A DNA stretch of 27,027 nucleotides from Candidatus Wukongarchaeum yapensis (GCA_016840425.1 JAEOSI010000003.1:1-27027); one strand, 5' to 3'. Counted from the first letter of the stretch, positions 8,740-19,128 are shown. Numbers and translations: made by a program. Notes: generated by a model not told the origin, from the sequence alone.

Positions 8740-9414
8740 TTAGCTACTATTAATAGGCCTAATAGCCTCTGCAACTGCCCCCCCTCACAACATGATCTTC
8801 ATCTTTTAGTAACGGTTTCAGCTCATCTAAAGCTTCTGAGGAGCCTGTGCTTTTGAATAATTCCTTGATAGCCCGTACAGCTGCCTCTCTCATCTCCCAA
8901 TCTTCGTCTTTTAATAGAGGTTTTAGGAGGGCTAAAGCCTCTGAGGAGCCAGTTCCTTTGAATGTCTCTCCGATGGCTTGGGCGGTCACCTTACGAACGT
9001 ATGGCGTTTCGTTTTTTAGTTGTGTTTTTAGGGGGTTTAAAGCTTTTTTTTGTTCTGTTTTGATGGTGGTTTTTAATGTTTTTACTTTTTTTAAAAACAG
9101 TCGGTAGCGAATATGAGTCCGAAAGGACTTATTGAGTGTTTTTATTTCCTTTGCTCCTTCTAAAGGCTTTTCCAGTAGTACTTTTCCTTCTTCTGTCATC
9201 TCAATAAGCTCCATGACAGGTTTTTCATACGTTTGTGCCTTGGTTTTGCCGTGTTTTTTTAGGATCTATAGGTTTTTTTCGTAGAAGGATTGGGATGTTT
9301 CCATTATTTTCAGATATAGTTCTGCTAGGGGGAGTGGAGGAGTATGAATTTCTCATCCGCTTCGTCCCGCCTTATTTTCCCATGTTTTACGAGGGTTTCA
9401 ACAGTTTGCGCCAT
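8740..9414 (-). pseudogene. Decayed HEAT/PBS-repeat protein gene
   Basis: Repeats (S)EAL..LKPLLKDED..VR.AA..AI. An extra G in the G7 run at 8778-8784 shifts VRGAVAEAI to VRGGSCRGY*. Upstream coding-like sequence from ATG 9414 is broken by a frameshift near 9330 and an in-frame TAG at 9266-9268. Confidence 0.7.
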
Positions 9415-9434
9415 TCTACCCCAGAAAGGCGGGT

Positions 9435-10328
9435 TCATCTACTGCTCTGTCTTTTGGCATGTTCAAGTAACGCTTGAGGAGGGGTAGAGGTTTTGCTTTG
9501 AATTAAGGAAAATATTTCTTTCTTTGTAGAAGTATACGCCGCTTTTCCAGCACAGCAAATAGGAATAACATTATAAGATTCTGTTTTTTCGTTATAGCTT
9601 ATTTCTACTTCAATATCATATACATCTCTTATGTTGTCTATGGTAAGAACATCTTCAGCTAGACCTACCGAATATATTTTACCCAACTTAAGAAGCATGA
9701 ACTTATCGCAATATCGACTTGCTAAATTGAGGTCATGAGTTACTAAAACTACCGCTAAATTATTCTTTATGGCTAATTCCCTAATCAACTCCAATATTTC
9801 TAATTGATGATTTATATCCAAATGTAGTGTTGGTTCATCCAGCAATAGTACTTTTGGTTCCTGTGCTAACGCCCTAGCAATGATTACACGTTGCCTCTCA
9901 CCCCCACTAATTTCGTTTATTACTCTATTGGCAAGATGCTGAGTACTAGTAACTTTCATAGCATTTTTAACAACTTCTAAATCGTCTAATGTTTCTTTAC
10001 CGAATCTACTACGTAAATGAGGCATTCTACCCATTAAAACTATATCAAGAACAGTAAATGGAAAAACTATTACAGATTCCTGTGGAACAACGCCGAAATT
10101 TTTTGCAATCTCTTTTCTATCAAACTCACATATATTTTTGCCGTCAATAAGAACAGTTCCCACTTTTGGTTTCAATATCATACTTATACATCTAAGAAGT
10201 GTTGACTTTCCCGATCCATTAGGGCCGATAACGCCTACAACTTCTCCTTCGTTCACCTCAAAAGTTATTCCTTCCAATGCCTTAACGCCGTTGTAACTGA
10301 AACTAATACCATTTATATTCAGCTTCAT
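9435..10328 (-). CDS. btuD: Corrinoid/Fe-siderophore ABC importer ATPase (BtuD-like)
   Basis: GPNGSGKST, GVVPQE, VLMGR.PH, ISGGERQRV.IARALAQEP, LLLDEPT and HDLNLA..YCD. Confidence 0.85.
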   Translation of the reverse strand: MKLNINGISFSYNGVKALEGITFEVNEGEVVGVIGPNGSGKSTLLRCISMILKPKVGTVLIDGKNICEFDRKEIAKNFGVVPQESVIVFPFTVLDIVLMGRMPHLRSRFGKETLDDLEVVKNAMKVTSTQHLANRVINEISGGERQRVIIARALAQEPKVLLLDEPTLHLDINHQLEILELIRELAIKNNLAVVLVTHDLNLASRYCDKFMLLKLGKIYSVGLAEDVLTIDNIRDVYDIEVEISYNEKTESYNVIPICCAGKAAYTSTKKEIFSLIQSKTSTPPQALLEHAKRQSSR

Positions 10329-10329
10329 T

Positions 10330-11436
10330 TTACCACCCCATTAATCTCTTCCTGCTTCTTAATAGATATAAGAAGAAAGGTGCTCCTAGAACAGCAGTAA
10401 TTACTCCCACAGGAAGTTCTGTGGGCTGAATTATTGTCCTTGCTAATGTGTCCATCCATATCAAGAATATCGCTCCTACTAATCCCGATGATGGTAATAA
10501 AATGCGATGGTCTGGGCCTACAAAAATCCTCATAATATGAGGTACTATGATGCCTACAAACCCGATGATACCACTCACTGAAACTGCAGCCGCAGTTGTT
10601 AATGTTGAAAAAACCAAAACAGACTTTTTAACCGATTCCACATTTACACCCAGATTTAAAGCATGTTCCTCTCCCAACAACATGAGGTTTAGCTCACGAC
10701 TATAGTACAATGTACCCACAATTCCTAGGAGGATTAATGGGAGAGCGATATATACTTTATTCCAACTGCTAGCCCAAAATCCACCCAACAACCAGATTAT
10801 GAGGCTATGAAGCTCCTCGCCGGCAATATATTGCAAAAAGGCTACCATTGCCGAAAAGAATAACCCAACCGCAATACCTGCAAGTAAGAGGGTTTCTGTA
10901 GGTACTAATCCTTCAATCCTTGCGATATTGTAAACCAAAAATATCGCAATCAACGCGAAAATAAAAGCCATAAATGGAATTGCAAGAGAACCTTTCACAA
11001 AACTAAAGCCCAATACGATGGCTACGGCCGCTCCAAAAGCAGCGCCTGATGATAGGCCGAGAACATACGGTGAAGCTATAGGGTTTCTAAGTAAGCCTTG
11101 CATAGCACAGCCTGCAACCGCCAGTCCCGCACCAACCAATCCCGCCAATATAACCCGTGGTAACCTGACTTCTAACACTATTATCTCGTAGGTATCCGGC
11201 CAAGATTGAGGAAAATGAAACAATATTTTGAACACAGTGAGTTTTGGGATATCTACTGGGCCAACTGCAAGAGCAAGAATGAATGTTAAAATAAGCCCGA
11301 TTGATAAAGAAAAAATCGTTAAAAACCAGCGTAAATATTTCTTGGAGAAAAGAGCATCCATATCAATTTTTTCTTTTTCTTCAGTTCCATAGTCACTAAT
11401 TCCATACCTACCTATTATGTGCTCGCTTTTTCTCAT
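10330..11436 (-). CDS. btuC: FecCD/BtuC-family ABC permease
   Basis: VRLPRV, QGLLRNP.ASPY.LG.SSGAA.GA, LGEE.A..LGV, GIIGFVGI.VPH and ELPVGVITA.LGAPFF. An alternative start lies at ATG 11361. Confidence 0.88.
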   Translation of the reverse strand: MRKSEHIIGRYGISDYGTEEKEKIDMDALFSKKYLRWFLTIFSLSIGLILTFILALAVGPVDIPKLTVFKILFHFPQSWPDTYEIIVLEVRLPRVILAGLVGAGLAVAGCAMQGLLRNPIASPYVLGLSSGAAFGAAVAIVLGFSFVKGSLAIPFMAFIFALIAIFLVYNIARIEGLVPTETLLLAGIAVGLFFSAMVAFLQYIAGEELHSLIIWLLGGFWASSWNKVYIALPLILLGIVGTLYYSRELNLMLLGEEHALNLGVNVESVKKSVLVFSTLTTAAAVSVSGIIGFVGIIVPHIMRIFVGPDHRILLPSSGLVGAIFLIWMDTLARTIIQPTELPVGVITAVLGAPFFLYLLRSRKRLMGW

Positions 11437-11593
11437 TATATGACCTCAATACGCTCCTATACAGGGTCTACCTAATGTTCAAAAAAAGATGTAGATTGAT
11501 AAGATGTTTTTGCCAATTATCATGTTTGTCGTGTGTAGGTTTTTATGATTACCAGTATAGTATCGGTGTTTTCTCATTGCCCTTGCTTTATCG

Positions 11594-12592
11594 TTAATTT
11601 ACTGAAATACCATGCAAAATTGAGGTTAAACCCGAAACCAAAGAGGTTGGCTCTGAGAACAGGCTTGGGTGGAACCAGTAAGCAAAATATTCTATTCCCA
11701 GTACAGTCCTTGGGTTAGGGCTAATCCAGTCTACCTTGACTGTGTAAATCCGGTCATTCTGGACTGCATCTATAGCACCCCATCCGTCTCTAGCTTTTAC
11801 TTCTTCTATTGATGTAATATGTGAACCCCCCATTTCCTCTATTAACAAAATTACTTCAGGGTTCTTGTTAATGATATATTCGCTGTTAAGGATGGGGTTT
11901 CTCAAGGGTTCATCGCCTGCGATGTTAACTCCTCCGGCCATGAATATCAATTCATTTACGGAGTTCGGACCCCCTACCGTCATCAAGTCGGTCCCTACTT
12001 CAATGTATACCCTTGGTCTTTGGGTACTATTGAGTTCATCTGTTATGGCTGTTACAGCATCCGCTCTACTCTGCATATCGGCCACAAGAGCTTCAGCTTC
12101 GGATAATTTATCGACGACCAATCCAATTACCAGAATGTTATCCAGAATTCCATTAAAAGAAGCAGGGTCGAAGTATATACAGGGGATTTTATCTTCAATA
12201 GAGGATAACGCAGTTTCTGACCAATACCACCCCATTATTACATCGGGTTCTAACCCTATGATCATTTCTATATTGGGGTCCATTCCTCCACCGACATCTT
12301 CTGGGAGATCATTTTCCACTTCCGGTGGATAAGTACTATATCTATCTCTGCCTACAAGTTTATCCTCTGCACCTATTGCGTATAATGTTTCTGTGACTGA
12401 AGGACTCAGTGATACTATTCTTCCTGCGCTATCAGAGAGAGTCACCGTCCTTCCAAGATCATCGATTATTTTGATTTTTCCTTCTTCTTCGCCTTCCTCC
12501 GTTAGCGCATTACTCAGGAGGTATCCGCCACCAAATGCAACACCTATTAGTATGACTATTACTATCCACATTCTGAGTTCTTGCTTTTCCAA
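11594..12592 (-). CDS. btuF: Corrinoid substrate-binding protein (BtuF-like) with N-terminal TM anchor
   Basis: DDLGRTV, RIVSLSPSVTETLYAIG, NIEMIIGLEPD, EYIINKNPEVI, AV.N.RIY and PNPR. TTG start with AGGAGG 10 nt upstream. Corrinoid specificity is inferred from context. Confidence 0.82.
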   Translation of the reverse strand: MEKQELRMWIVIVILIGVAFGGGYLLSNALTEEGEEEGKIKIIDDLGRTVTLSDSAGRIVSLSPSVTETLYAIGAEDKLVGRDRYSTYPPEVENDLPEDVGGGMDPNIEMIIGLEPDVIMGWYWSETALSSIEDKIPCIYFDPASFNGILDNILVIGLVVDKLSEAEALVADMQSRADAVTAITDELNSTQRPRVYIEVGTDLMTVGGPNSVNELIFMAGGVNIAGDEPLRNPILNSEYIINKNPEVILLIEEMGGSHITSIEEVKARDGWGAIDAVQNDRIYTVKVDWISPNPRTVLGIEYFAYWFHPSLFSEPTSLVSGLTSILHGISVN

Positions 12593-12658
12593 GATTCTTT
12601 TGCCTCCTAAGAAACACCTTCTTCCTTTTCCGTGTTACTTAATTGCTATAAGTTTCTA

Positions 12659-12702
12659 ATAGGTTGGTTAACCTACCTATATAGGTTATTTAACCTGCTC
12701 CA
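12659..12702. promoter_or_regulatory. Tandem 22-bp palindromic operator-like sites
   Basis: ATAGGTTGGTTAACCTACCTAT (12659-12680) is immediately followed by the degenerate ATAGGTTATTTAACCTGCTCCA (12681-12702). Both lie between the btuF TATA box and its start. Confidence 0.75.
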
Positions 12703-12719
12703 CGTTGACGACTTGGAAG

Positions 12720-12734
12720 TATATAAACTTTACG
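12720..12734 (-). promoter_or_regulatory. BRE/TATA promoter of btuFCD
   Basis: Minus strand reads CGTAAAG-TTTATATA (TATA at 12720-12727), about 130 nt upstream of btuF. Confidence 0.6.
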
Positions 12735-12855
12735 TAGTACTATATTTGTAGTACGCTTATCCTATGGTGCCAAGAGGAGGACAAAACTTTACTTATCGCT
12801 ATATTTCTGTCCTCTTTTTCCGGATTTCTAGCTCTTTAAAAAATTTGGGGAATTA

Positions 12856-15800
12856 TTACAATTTTTCTTCGATTGTTGCTTCTATTTGCAGGTATGCTCG
12901 TTTGAGGTTTTCTTTCATTTTTTCATCAGTTTCCCAAAGTCCTCGTTCAATAGCTTCTAAAAGCTTTTCTATGATGTTCATCAAAGCATAAGGATTATGT
13001 TCTTCGAAAAATTCACGCATCTCCTCATCAAAAACGTACGTTTCTGCGATTTCGTCAAACATCCAATTCTCTATTATCTCGCTTGTAGCTTCCCAAAAAT
13101 AGATGTTATCAATGTATTTTGAGAAGGCGCCAGCGCCAGTGTAGCCGTGTTTTTTCATACCCTCTATCCATTTCGGGTTTATTACTACAGTCCTGAAAAC
13201 AATAGTTGCCTCTTCTTTTACACTTCTCGTTTTAATGCTTTCCAAGTCTGTGGTGTCGCCTTTAAAGGATTTAGGGGCTTTTCCGCTGTAAACCTTTACG
13301 GCGGCGATCATGCCTCCATGGTAGTCTGCCCAATCGTCCGCTTCAAAGATGTCCCATTCGTGACTGTCTTCATTTTTCACAGTAACCTCGATTTTACTCA
13401 ACCTCTTGACAAATTCTTCAGGGGATTTCAAACCATGCTTATTTTTGCCGTAGACATAAGATCCCCAGGTGACGTAGACTTTTGCAAGATCTTCTAAAGT
13501 TTCCCAGTTTTTTTGTTCTAATACTTCAGCGATTCCGGCTCCGTAGCTTCCAGGTTTTTCTCCAAAAATCCGGTATAATGATGTTTCTTTAGCCTCTTTT
13601 TCGGTCATGCCTTTTTCTATTTTCTCCGCCATTTCTTCTATGAAATGTTTTTTTATAAAGTTCAACTCTTCAGGTTCATCCAAGGTTGCGACTAATTGGA
13701 TTGCTTCATCAAGTAGATCTACAAGGTTTGGGAATGCGTCTCTAAAAAATCCACTAACCCTTAGTGTGACATCAATCCTTGGTCTTTTCAACTCCTCTAA
13801 AGGTATAACTTCTAACCCGATAACATAGTCTTTTTCATTATACTTCGGTTTCAACCCTAATAAGTAGAGAATTTCCGCTATATCTTCTCCTTTGGTTCTC
13901 ATTATTGGAGTGCCCCATACTACCATGCCTAAAGATTCGGGGTACTTTCCTGTCTCCTCTAAAACCCGTTTTAACAGATCATCTCCCATCTGTTTGCCGG
14001 CCATATAGGCAGCAAAAGTAGGTATTTCTCGGGGATCACAAGAGTAGAAGTTTCTGCCTGTAGGCAGAACGTTTGTGTTTCTTGTGGGGCATCCGCTTGG
14101 GCCTGCCGGGATGTATTGGCCTTCAATGCCTCTTAAAACGTTTTCGATCTCTAAGGTCACTAGTTCTAGTTTAGGAAGCACGATGTCTACAACGTGTTCT
14201 AAGATCTGCTGTATTTTTGGGGTTATTTTGAGGGTTTTTAGGTTGCTGGTTTCTTCTTTTTTAAAGCCGTGTTGGTAAAACTCTTTTAAAAGGCTTAATG
14301 AGAGGTTGTTTACTTCGTCTAAGAGTTGCGCGTTCATTTTGCCGAACTTTTCGTTGAAATTATCTATTTTTAGAATCTCTTTATAATCGTACCCTAAGCA
14401 TTCTGAAACACCTTCTCTTAGAGAGGGTACGTTTCCGTCAGCTGTTTTCATTATGGTGAAAACCGTTTCTACGAGCTTATCACCTTCTAAAGGTTGTCCT
14501 AAAACGTGTAATCCGTTATTTATCTCCCTTTCTTTAATTTCATACAGGTAAACGTGTAACTTTTCTAAAAAATCTTCAAAAAGCGAAAGATCAGCACCGT
14601 TTTCATTCTCAACTATGGCTATATTTTTCGCCTTTAAATCGTCTGTTAGTTTTAACTCTTCCACCATCTCAACTATGATTTTTTTCAAGGGGGGAATCCT
14701 TTTTTCGTCCACCTCTTTTGCCTCATGATATTCCTCGATGGATCTTTCGAGGCGTGAAAGGTTCTCGTAGAGGTCTGAAAAAGTCATGGGCGGGATCATA
14801 TGGTCCACGATTGTTGCATAACTTCTACGTTTCGCTTGGGTTCCCTCGCCAGGATTATTAATGATATAGGGATAGATGTTTGGAAGTTCCATGCAGATGT
14901 CAGGATAACAGTCACAAGAGAGACCGAAGCCCTTCCCGGGAAGCCATTCAAGGGTTCCATGTTTACCTACGTGTACTAGTACGTTTGCCTTGAAAACGTC
15001 TTTAACCCATTTATAATAAGCTATATAATGGTAGGGAGGGGGTAGATCAGGGTCATGGTAAACACTTGAGGGAGCCGCACCATACCCCCTAGGAGGTTGG
15101 AGTCCTATGAAAATATTCCCATTTGCAATCCCAGCAAATATCAAAACGCCGTCATAGTTGAAAAATTCTCCCGGAACTTCTCCCCAGTGCATCTTTAACT
15201 CCTTGCTTACTTTTGGAGAGAGTAAATTGAACCATTTCTCATAGTTTTCGCGTGTCGCGCGCCCTATTGTTTGTTTTAAATGTTTTTCTGTGATGAATCT
15301 CTGATCGCCTGTTGCGCATTCTGTTATTTTGTTTATAAGCTCTTCAGGGTTTTCTGGTATATGTTCTATGGTGAAGCCGCGTTCCTTCATGGCTTTTAAA
15401 ATGTTTATCACGCTTTGAGGAGCATCTAAGCCGAAAGCTGAACCGATTAAATCATTTCTCGGCGGGTAGTTGTGAAAAATTATAGCTACTCTTTCGTCGT
15501 TATCCGGTTTCTTTTTCAGTACAGCGTATCTGATAACCATTTGAACGATTTTTTCCATCCTTTCTTCGATAGGTTTTAACTTTAGTCTGTTTGTTAGATC
15601 CAAACTTTCTCTCGATAATTCTCGTGGTCTTCCAGCTAGGGGGAAATGGATTATTAGCCCGTCAAACTCGGGCATTACTGCGTTTATGATTACGTCAAGG
15701 GGGTTTAATCCTTGTACAGAATTTCTCCATTCCTCGATAGATCCTGTGGTGATTATGCCTTGCAATACAGGCACATTAAGTTCTTCCAAAAATGTCGCTT

Positions 15801-16602
15801 TATCTTCAATTAGGCTGGATGAAAATTGCATTTTGAAGAAAAAGGAAGTTGTATTAATTATTATATCAACTAGGGGTTTGTTTTCTTGGTAAAAATATTT
15901 CTTGATGGATTTTTCTATGCCTAAAGAACCAAACTCGTTTGGTGAAGCAAAAAATAGGGGAATAACATTAGCATCTGCTTCTTCAACCTTTTCAATTAAA
16001 TGGTCTATAAAGTCCAAATTATTAGAGAGCCAACATGTTCTATAAAAAAGCACGCCAATGGTAATCTTAGATGGGGAATAATTTTTATTGTTTAGGAGGT
16101 AATCTTCCAATTTTTCAAAATATTTATTTTTATAATAGATTCCTTGCCAAGGCATGCTTTCAGGTTCTTCATAGGGGACACTTTGGTCTGAAAACCGATT
16201 TGAGAGAAAAAGTAAAAGATTTTCGTAATTTTTCTCCCCTCCAAGGGCTAAATACTTAATAACTTCAAGCCTTATTTCATTAGGAACAGTAGAAACTTTA
16301 TCCAGTTCAGGCTGACTATCACCAATGGTAGGCAAAGGTATGAACGGCACATTGTAATTTTTTAGATGGGATGCAAGGGCATCGAAGAAAGGGCAAGCAT
16401 CTTTCCCTCCCATAAGTTTTGTGAAGACCACTGATGCTTCTTTTGTAAATTCGAAAAACTCTTCAATTTGCGCCTCTGTACTCACTACGTTAATAATTTT
16501 GAACTCTATACTAACCTTATCTTTTAAGGAGGAGAGAATATGGTTGAATATTAGATTATCATCCAGTGTCGAGGAAACAAAACCTATTTTAGCCAAGGTC
16601 AT
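12856..16602 (-). CDS. cobN: Cobaltochelatase large subunit CobN
   Basis: 1248 aa with MPEFDG, IGSAFGLD, LQPPRG, H.GKHGTLEWLPGK, YPYIINNPGEG.QAKRR, LPTGRNFY, RPRIDVT..SGFFRDAFP and NPKWIEGMK.HGY.GA. Confidence 0.95.
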   Translation of the reverse strand: MTLAKIGFVSSTLDDNLIFNHILSSLKDKVSIEFKIINVVSTEAQIEEFFEFTKEASVVFTKLMGGKDACPFFDALASHLKNYNVPFIPLPTIGDSQPELDKVSTVPNEIRLEVIKYLALGGEKNYENLLLFLSNRFSDQSVPYEEPESMPWQGIYYKNKYFEKLEDYLLNNKNYSPSKITIGVLFYRTCWLSNNLDFIDHLIEKVEEADANVIPLFFASPNEFGSLGIEKSIKKYFYQENKPLVDIIINTTSFFFKMQFSSSLIEDKATFLEELNVPVLQGIITTGSIEEWRNSVQGLNPLDVIINAVMPEFDGLIIHFPLAGRPRELSRESLDLTNRLKLKPIEERMEKIVQMVIRYAVLKKKPDNDERVAIIFHNYPPRNDLIGSAFGLDAPQSVINILKAMKERGFTIEHIPENPEELINKITECATGDQRFITEKHLKQTIGRATRENYEKWFNLLSPKVSKELKMHWGEVPGEFFNYDGVLIFAGIANGNIFIGLQPPRGYGAAPSSVYHDPDLPPPYHYIAYYKWVKDVFKANVLVHVGKHGTLEWLPGKGFGLSCDCYPDICMELPNIYPYIINNPGEGTQAKRRSYATIVDHMIPPMTFSDLYENLSRLERSIEEYHEAKEVDEKRIPPLKKIIVEMVEELKLTDDLKAKNIAIVENENGADLSLFEDFLEKLHVYLYEIKEREINNGLHVLGQPLEGDKLVETVFTIMKTADGNVPSLREGVSECLGYDYKEILKIDNFNEKFGKMNAQLLDEVNNLSLSLLKEFYQHGFKKEETSNLKTLKITPKIQQILEHVVDIVLPKLELVTLEIENVLRGIEGQYIPAGPSGCPTRNTNVLPTGRNFYSCDPREIPTFAAYMAGKQMGDDLLKRVLEETGKYPESLGMVVWGTPIMRTKGEDIAEILYLLGLKPKYNEKDYVIGLEVIPLEELKRPRIDVTLRVSGFFRDAFPNLVDLLDEAIQLVATLDEPEELNFIKKHFIEEMAEKIEKGMTEKEAKETSLYRIFGEKPGSYGAGIAEVLEQKNWETLEDLAKVYVTWGSYVYGKNKHGLKSPEEFVKRLSKIEVTVKNEDSHEWDIFEADDWADYHGGMIAAVKVYSGKAPKSFKGDTTDLESIKTRSVKEEATIVFRTVVINPKWIEGMKKHGYTGAGAFSKYIDNIYFWEATSEIIENWMFDEIAETYVFDEEMREFFEEHNPYALMNIIEKLLEAIERGLWETDEKMKENLKRAYLQIEATIEEKL

Positions 16603-16709
16603 TGATCAAATACCCCCTAAAAGTAAATTGAGCGAATTATTCACAACTATCAAAAATGTGAAATTAACAATGATTTCGAAATTTTAAACGAAGAAGAATA
16701 TGAGGAGGA

Positions 16710-18824
16710 TTAGGGCTGATTAAGTGAAAAAATATCGTCTAATAAGCTTCGCTCAAAAGAAACGATCGATGTAAGTTTTTCAGGTTCTAGAGAATCAACA
16801 TGATAATATTTAGCGGCACTCTTTTCAGCAAATTCTTTAATTAAATTGAGCCCGTAAAACCTTTTATCTTCTGTATCGATGATTATTGTTCTAATTAAAT
16901 CCTTTTTTAGCTGTAAAGCGCATTTGTCTAGATCTTTTAAAACATCATTAAAAAGGGCTACGTTGCCTTTTCCGTCTGTAATAAGAACCATCATCGGTAT
17001 GACTCTGTATCCTTTTAATAACTCCGTTTTAATCAACTCTATACCTTTAACTATTCCGGCGGGTAAAGGTGTTTTCCCGCCAGTCGGAAGTTCTTTAAGA
17101 CGTTTAAGCGCTAATTCAACGCTTTTAGTTGGGGGTAGTATTACTTCAGCTTTGTTGCCTTTGAACATAATCATTGCAACTTTATCCCTGCGTCGATACG
17201 TATCGTTGAGGAGAGAAAATATGGCTCCTTTTACGGCGATCATCCTATTATTTACGCCCATGGAACCACTTGCGTCTACAACAAACATGATTAGAGATGC
17301 TGCTCTTCCTTCCCTCACTTTTTCTCGAAGATCAGACGAGTGTATATCTATTTTCCCCTTTTTAAAAGAGTGGGTTACAGCGGCTCTAAGCGTGGCATCT
17401 ACTGCAATATCTTTTACCTTACCTGTTGGAATTCTAGGCCTAACATATTTTCCACGAGAAAAGGTAGATATCGATTTCAGCCTTCTACCATTACATGGCC
17501 TCAATGAGCGATCTTTTCTCCAGCCTAGTATTTTTTGAGCGTCTCCAATGGGAGGACCTATTTCGAAAACTTTATCGATATCGGTAAAACCGTCAGCTGG
17601 ATGCTTTTCCTCTGATTTTTCGTCATATTTTTCTTTTCCTCTGTTTGGCTTTTCTTCTCCTTTTCCTTCTTTCTTCGTTTCTTCTTCTTCTTCTTCTTTT
17701 TTCTTTTCATGGTCTGGATTTTCTGAATCGTTTTCAGGCTGATTAGGTGGAGGGTTGTTTGGGTTTCTCTGAGTTTTAGGGGGTTGTTGTTCTTTTGCTT
17801 TATTAAAAGCTTCTTCAAGGGCTTCTTTGCTTATTTCTGGTTCTTCGAAGGGTTTTTTCCTCATCCTATGGCCTAAAACAAGCTCTAGGGCTTCTTTGAC
17901 ATCGCTTTCTTTTACTTCTGTTCTACCGTTAAACGCTGCTATTGTTTTTGCTGTTTTCACGGTAATAATGTCCGCCCTGTGACCTTCCGTACCGAGGGCT
18001 ATACAAACCCAAGAAATTTGGCGTAAAAGATCTTCAGAGATGGTAATGCTTGGAAGTAAGCTTTTTGCCTTCTTTATCTTTTGAACTAGCTCTTTTTGAG
18101 CACTTTCAAAACATTTCTTAAAAGCCCACGGACCTGCGTCAAACTCTTCCCGGAGTTTAGCTACCTCCATTCTTTGTTTTACGTCTTTAATCCCCTCAAC
18201 TTTAACACTGAGACCAAATCTATCAATAATTTGAGGCCTTAACTCTCCTTCCTCAGGGTTCATAGTTCCTATGAGAAGAAACTTGGAAGGGTGACTGACT
18301 GAGATTCCTTCCCTTTCAACGATGTTTACTCCCATGGCGGCAGCGTCGAGTAATAGGTCTGAGATGTGGTCTTCAAGCAAATTAACTTCGTCTATGTAGA
18401 GTATGCCTCTATTTGCTTCTGCCAATATGGCTGGTTCTAACGCTTTTATTCCCTCCTTGAGGGCCTTTTCTATGTTAAGAGTACCTACAACCCGATCCTC
18501 AGTAGCGTTTATTGGCAAGGTAACCAAGGGCATTTTTCGCTTTCTAACCGGGAGTTTTTCCCTAGATTCGTATCGTTTTTGGCATGATTGACACATTTCT
18601 TCTATATTGTGTGGGTTACAGTTGAAAGGACAGTCCGCTACAACCTCTATTTCTTCTAAGAGGTCTGTTAAGGCCCGTGCAATTGTGGATTTGCCTGTCC
18701 CTTTCTCCCCTCTGATTAAAACACCGCCTATTTTGGGGTTAATAGCGTTTAGTATCAGAGCTTTTTTCATCATTTCTTGGTCAACAATCGCGACAAAGGG
18801 GTATATAGGACGATCATAACTCAT
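16710..18824 (-). CDS. chlD: ChlI/ChlD-type chelatase subunit (AAA+ domain, acidic linker, vWA); likely CobN partner
   Basis: [44 protein letters not shown], Pro/Glu/Lys linker, and vWA with VDASGSM, TGGKTPL and ITDGKGN. ATG 18824 follows AGGTGG; the track start is 18863. Confidence 0.9.
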   Translation of the reverse strand: MSYDRPIYPFVAIVDQEMMKKALILNAINPKIGGVLIRGEKGTGKSTIARALTDLLEEIEVVADCPFNCNPHNIEEMCQSCQKRYESREKLPVRKRKMPLVTLPINATEDRVVGTLNIEKALKEGIKALEPAILAEANRGILYIDEVNLLEDHISDLLLDAAAMGVNIVEREGISVSHPSKFLLIGTMNPEEGELRPQIIDRFGLSVKVEGIKDVKQRMEVAKLREEFDAGPWAFKKCFESAQKELVQKIKKAKSLLPSITISEDLLRQISWVCIALGTEGHRADIITVKTAKTIAAFNGRTEVKESDVKEALELVLGHRMRKKPFEEPEISKEALEEAFNKAKEQQPPKTQRNPNNPPPNQPENDSENPDHEKKKEEEEEETKKEGKGEEKPNRGKEKYDEKSEEKHPADGFTDIDKVFEIGPPIGDAQKILGWRKDRSLRPCNGRRLKSISTFSRGKYVRPRIPTGKVKDIAVDATLRAAVTHSFKKGKIDIHSSDLREKVREGRAASLIMFVVDASGSMGVNNRMIAVKGAIFSLLNDTYRRRDKVAMIMFKGNKAEVILPPTKSVELALKRLKELPTGGKTPLPAGIVKGIELIKTELLKGYRVIPMMVLITDGKGNVALFNDVLKDLDKCALQLKKDLIRTIIIDTEDKRFYGLNLIKEFAEKSAAKYYHVDSLEPEKLTSIVSFERSLLDDIFSLNQP

Positions 18825-18936
18825 CTTATTTTTCCACCTTTTGATCGGTATAGAAATGTCCAAGAAGAAATATTTTCTAAATTAATGGAGGGGGAGGATT
18901 CTCACTGGCTTTTAGTCTTTTTTATCCACAGTTTTT

Positions 18937-18958
18937 ATAGGAAGGATAACCTACCTAT
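18937..18958. promoter_or_regulatory. 22-bp palindromic operator-like site
   Basis: ATAGGAAGGATAACCTACCTAT, located between the TATA at 18985-18992 and the chlD start. Confidence 0.75.
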
Positions 18959-18984
18959 ACTTCTAGACAAAATGCGTTAAAGTA

Positions 18985-18992
18985 TTTATAAA
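18985..18992 (-). promoter_or_regulatory. TATA box for chlD-cobN
   Basis: TTTATAAA preceded on the minus strand by purine-rich AAGAAAGA. Confidence 0.55.
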
Positions 18993-19128
18993 TCTTTCTT
19001 CAAAACTAGAAACGTTACTTAAAGTCTAATAGCAGGAATAATAACCAAGCTATTGAAAACTATGAAAAAAACACATACTAAGGAATTATGCGATATTTTT
19101 ACGGTCAATCACGTTTTTTTTTTGATAT

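Noticed and set aside
11454-11475. TCTACCTAA half-match to the operator between btuF and btuC
   Set aside because: Only the right arm resembles the consensus and there is no dyad.
12734-12754. GTAGTAC direct repeat and TAGTACTA palindrome upstream of the btuF BRE
   Set aside because: It is short and does not recur at the other promoters, so chance cannot be excluded.
12603-12855. Possible cobalamin riboswitch upstream of btuF (also sought at 18864-19975)
   Set aside because: No GGGAA...GGTG.AA.TCC or GCCCCCGC.ACTGT core was seen. An Rfam search would confirm.
12764-12991. 75-aa + strand ORF
   Set aside because: It is antisense to the cobN 3' end and has no recognisable features.
16640-16682. 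TTCACA-N11-TGTGAA and ATTTCGAAAT inverted repeats between chlD and cobN
   Set aside because: They are single occurrences with short AT-rich arms. They may be an mRNA hairpin but are unsupported.
17679-17696. (GAA)6 microsatellite
   Set aside because: It encodes the ordinary poly-Glu linker of ChlD-type proteins.
16879-17742. + strand ORFs of 219 and 64 aa
   Set aside because: They are antisense shadows of chlD.
19114-19123. T10 homopolymer just before the 19129 site as a phase-variable spacer
   Set aside because: There is no evidence of length variation, and T-runs are common in this AT-rich DNA.
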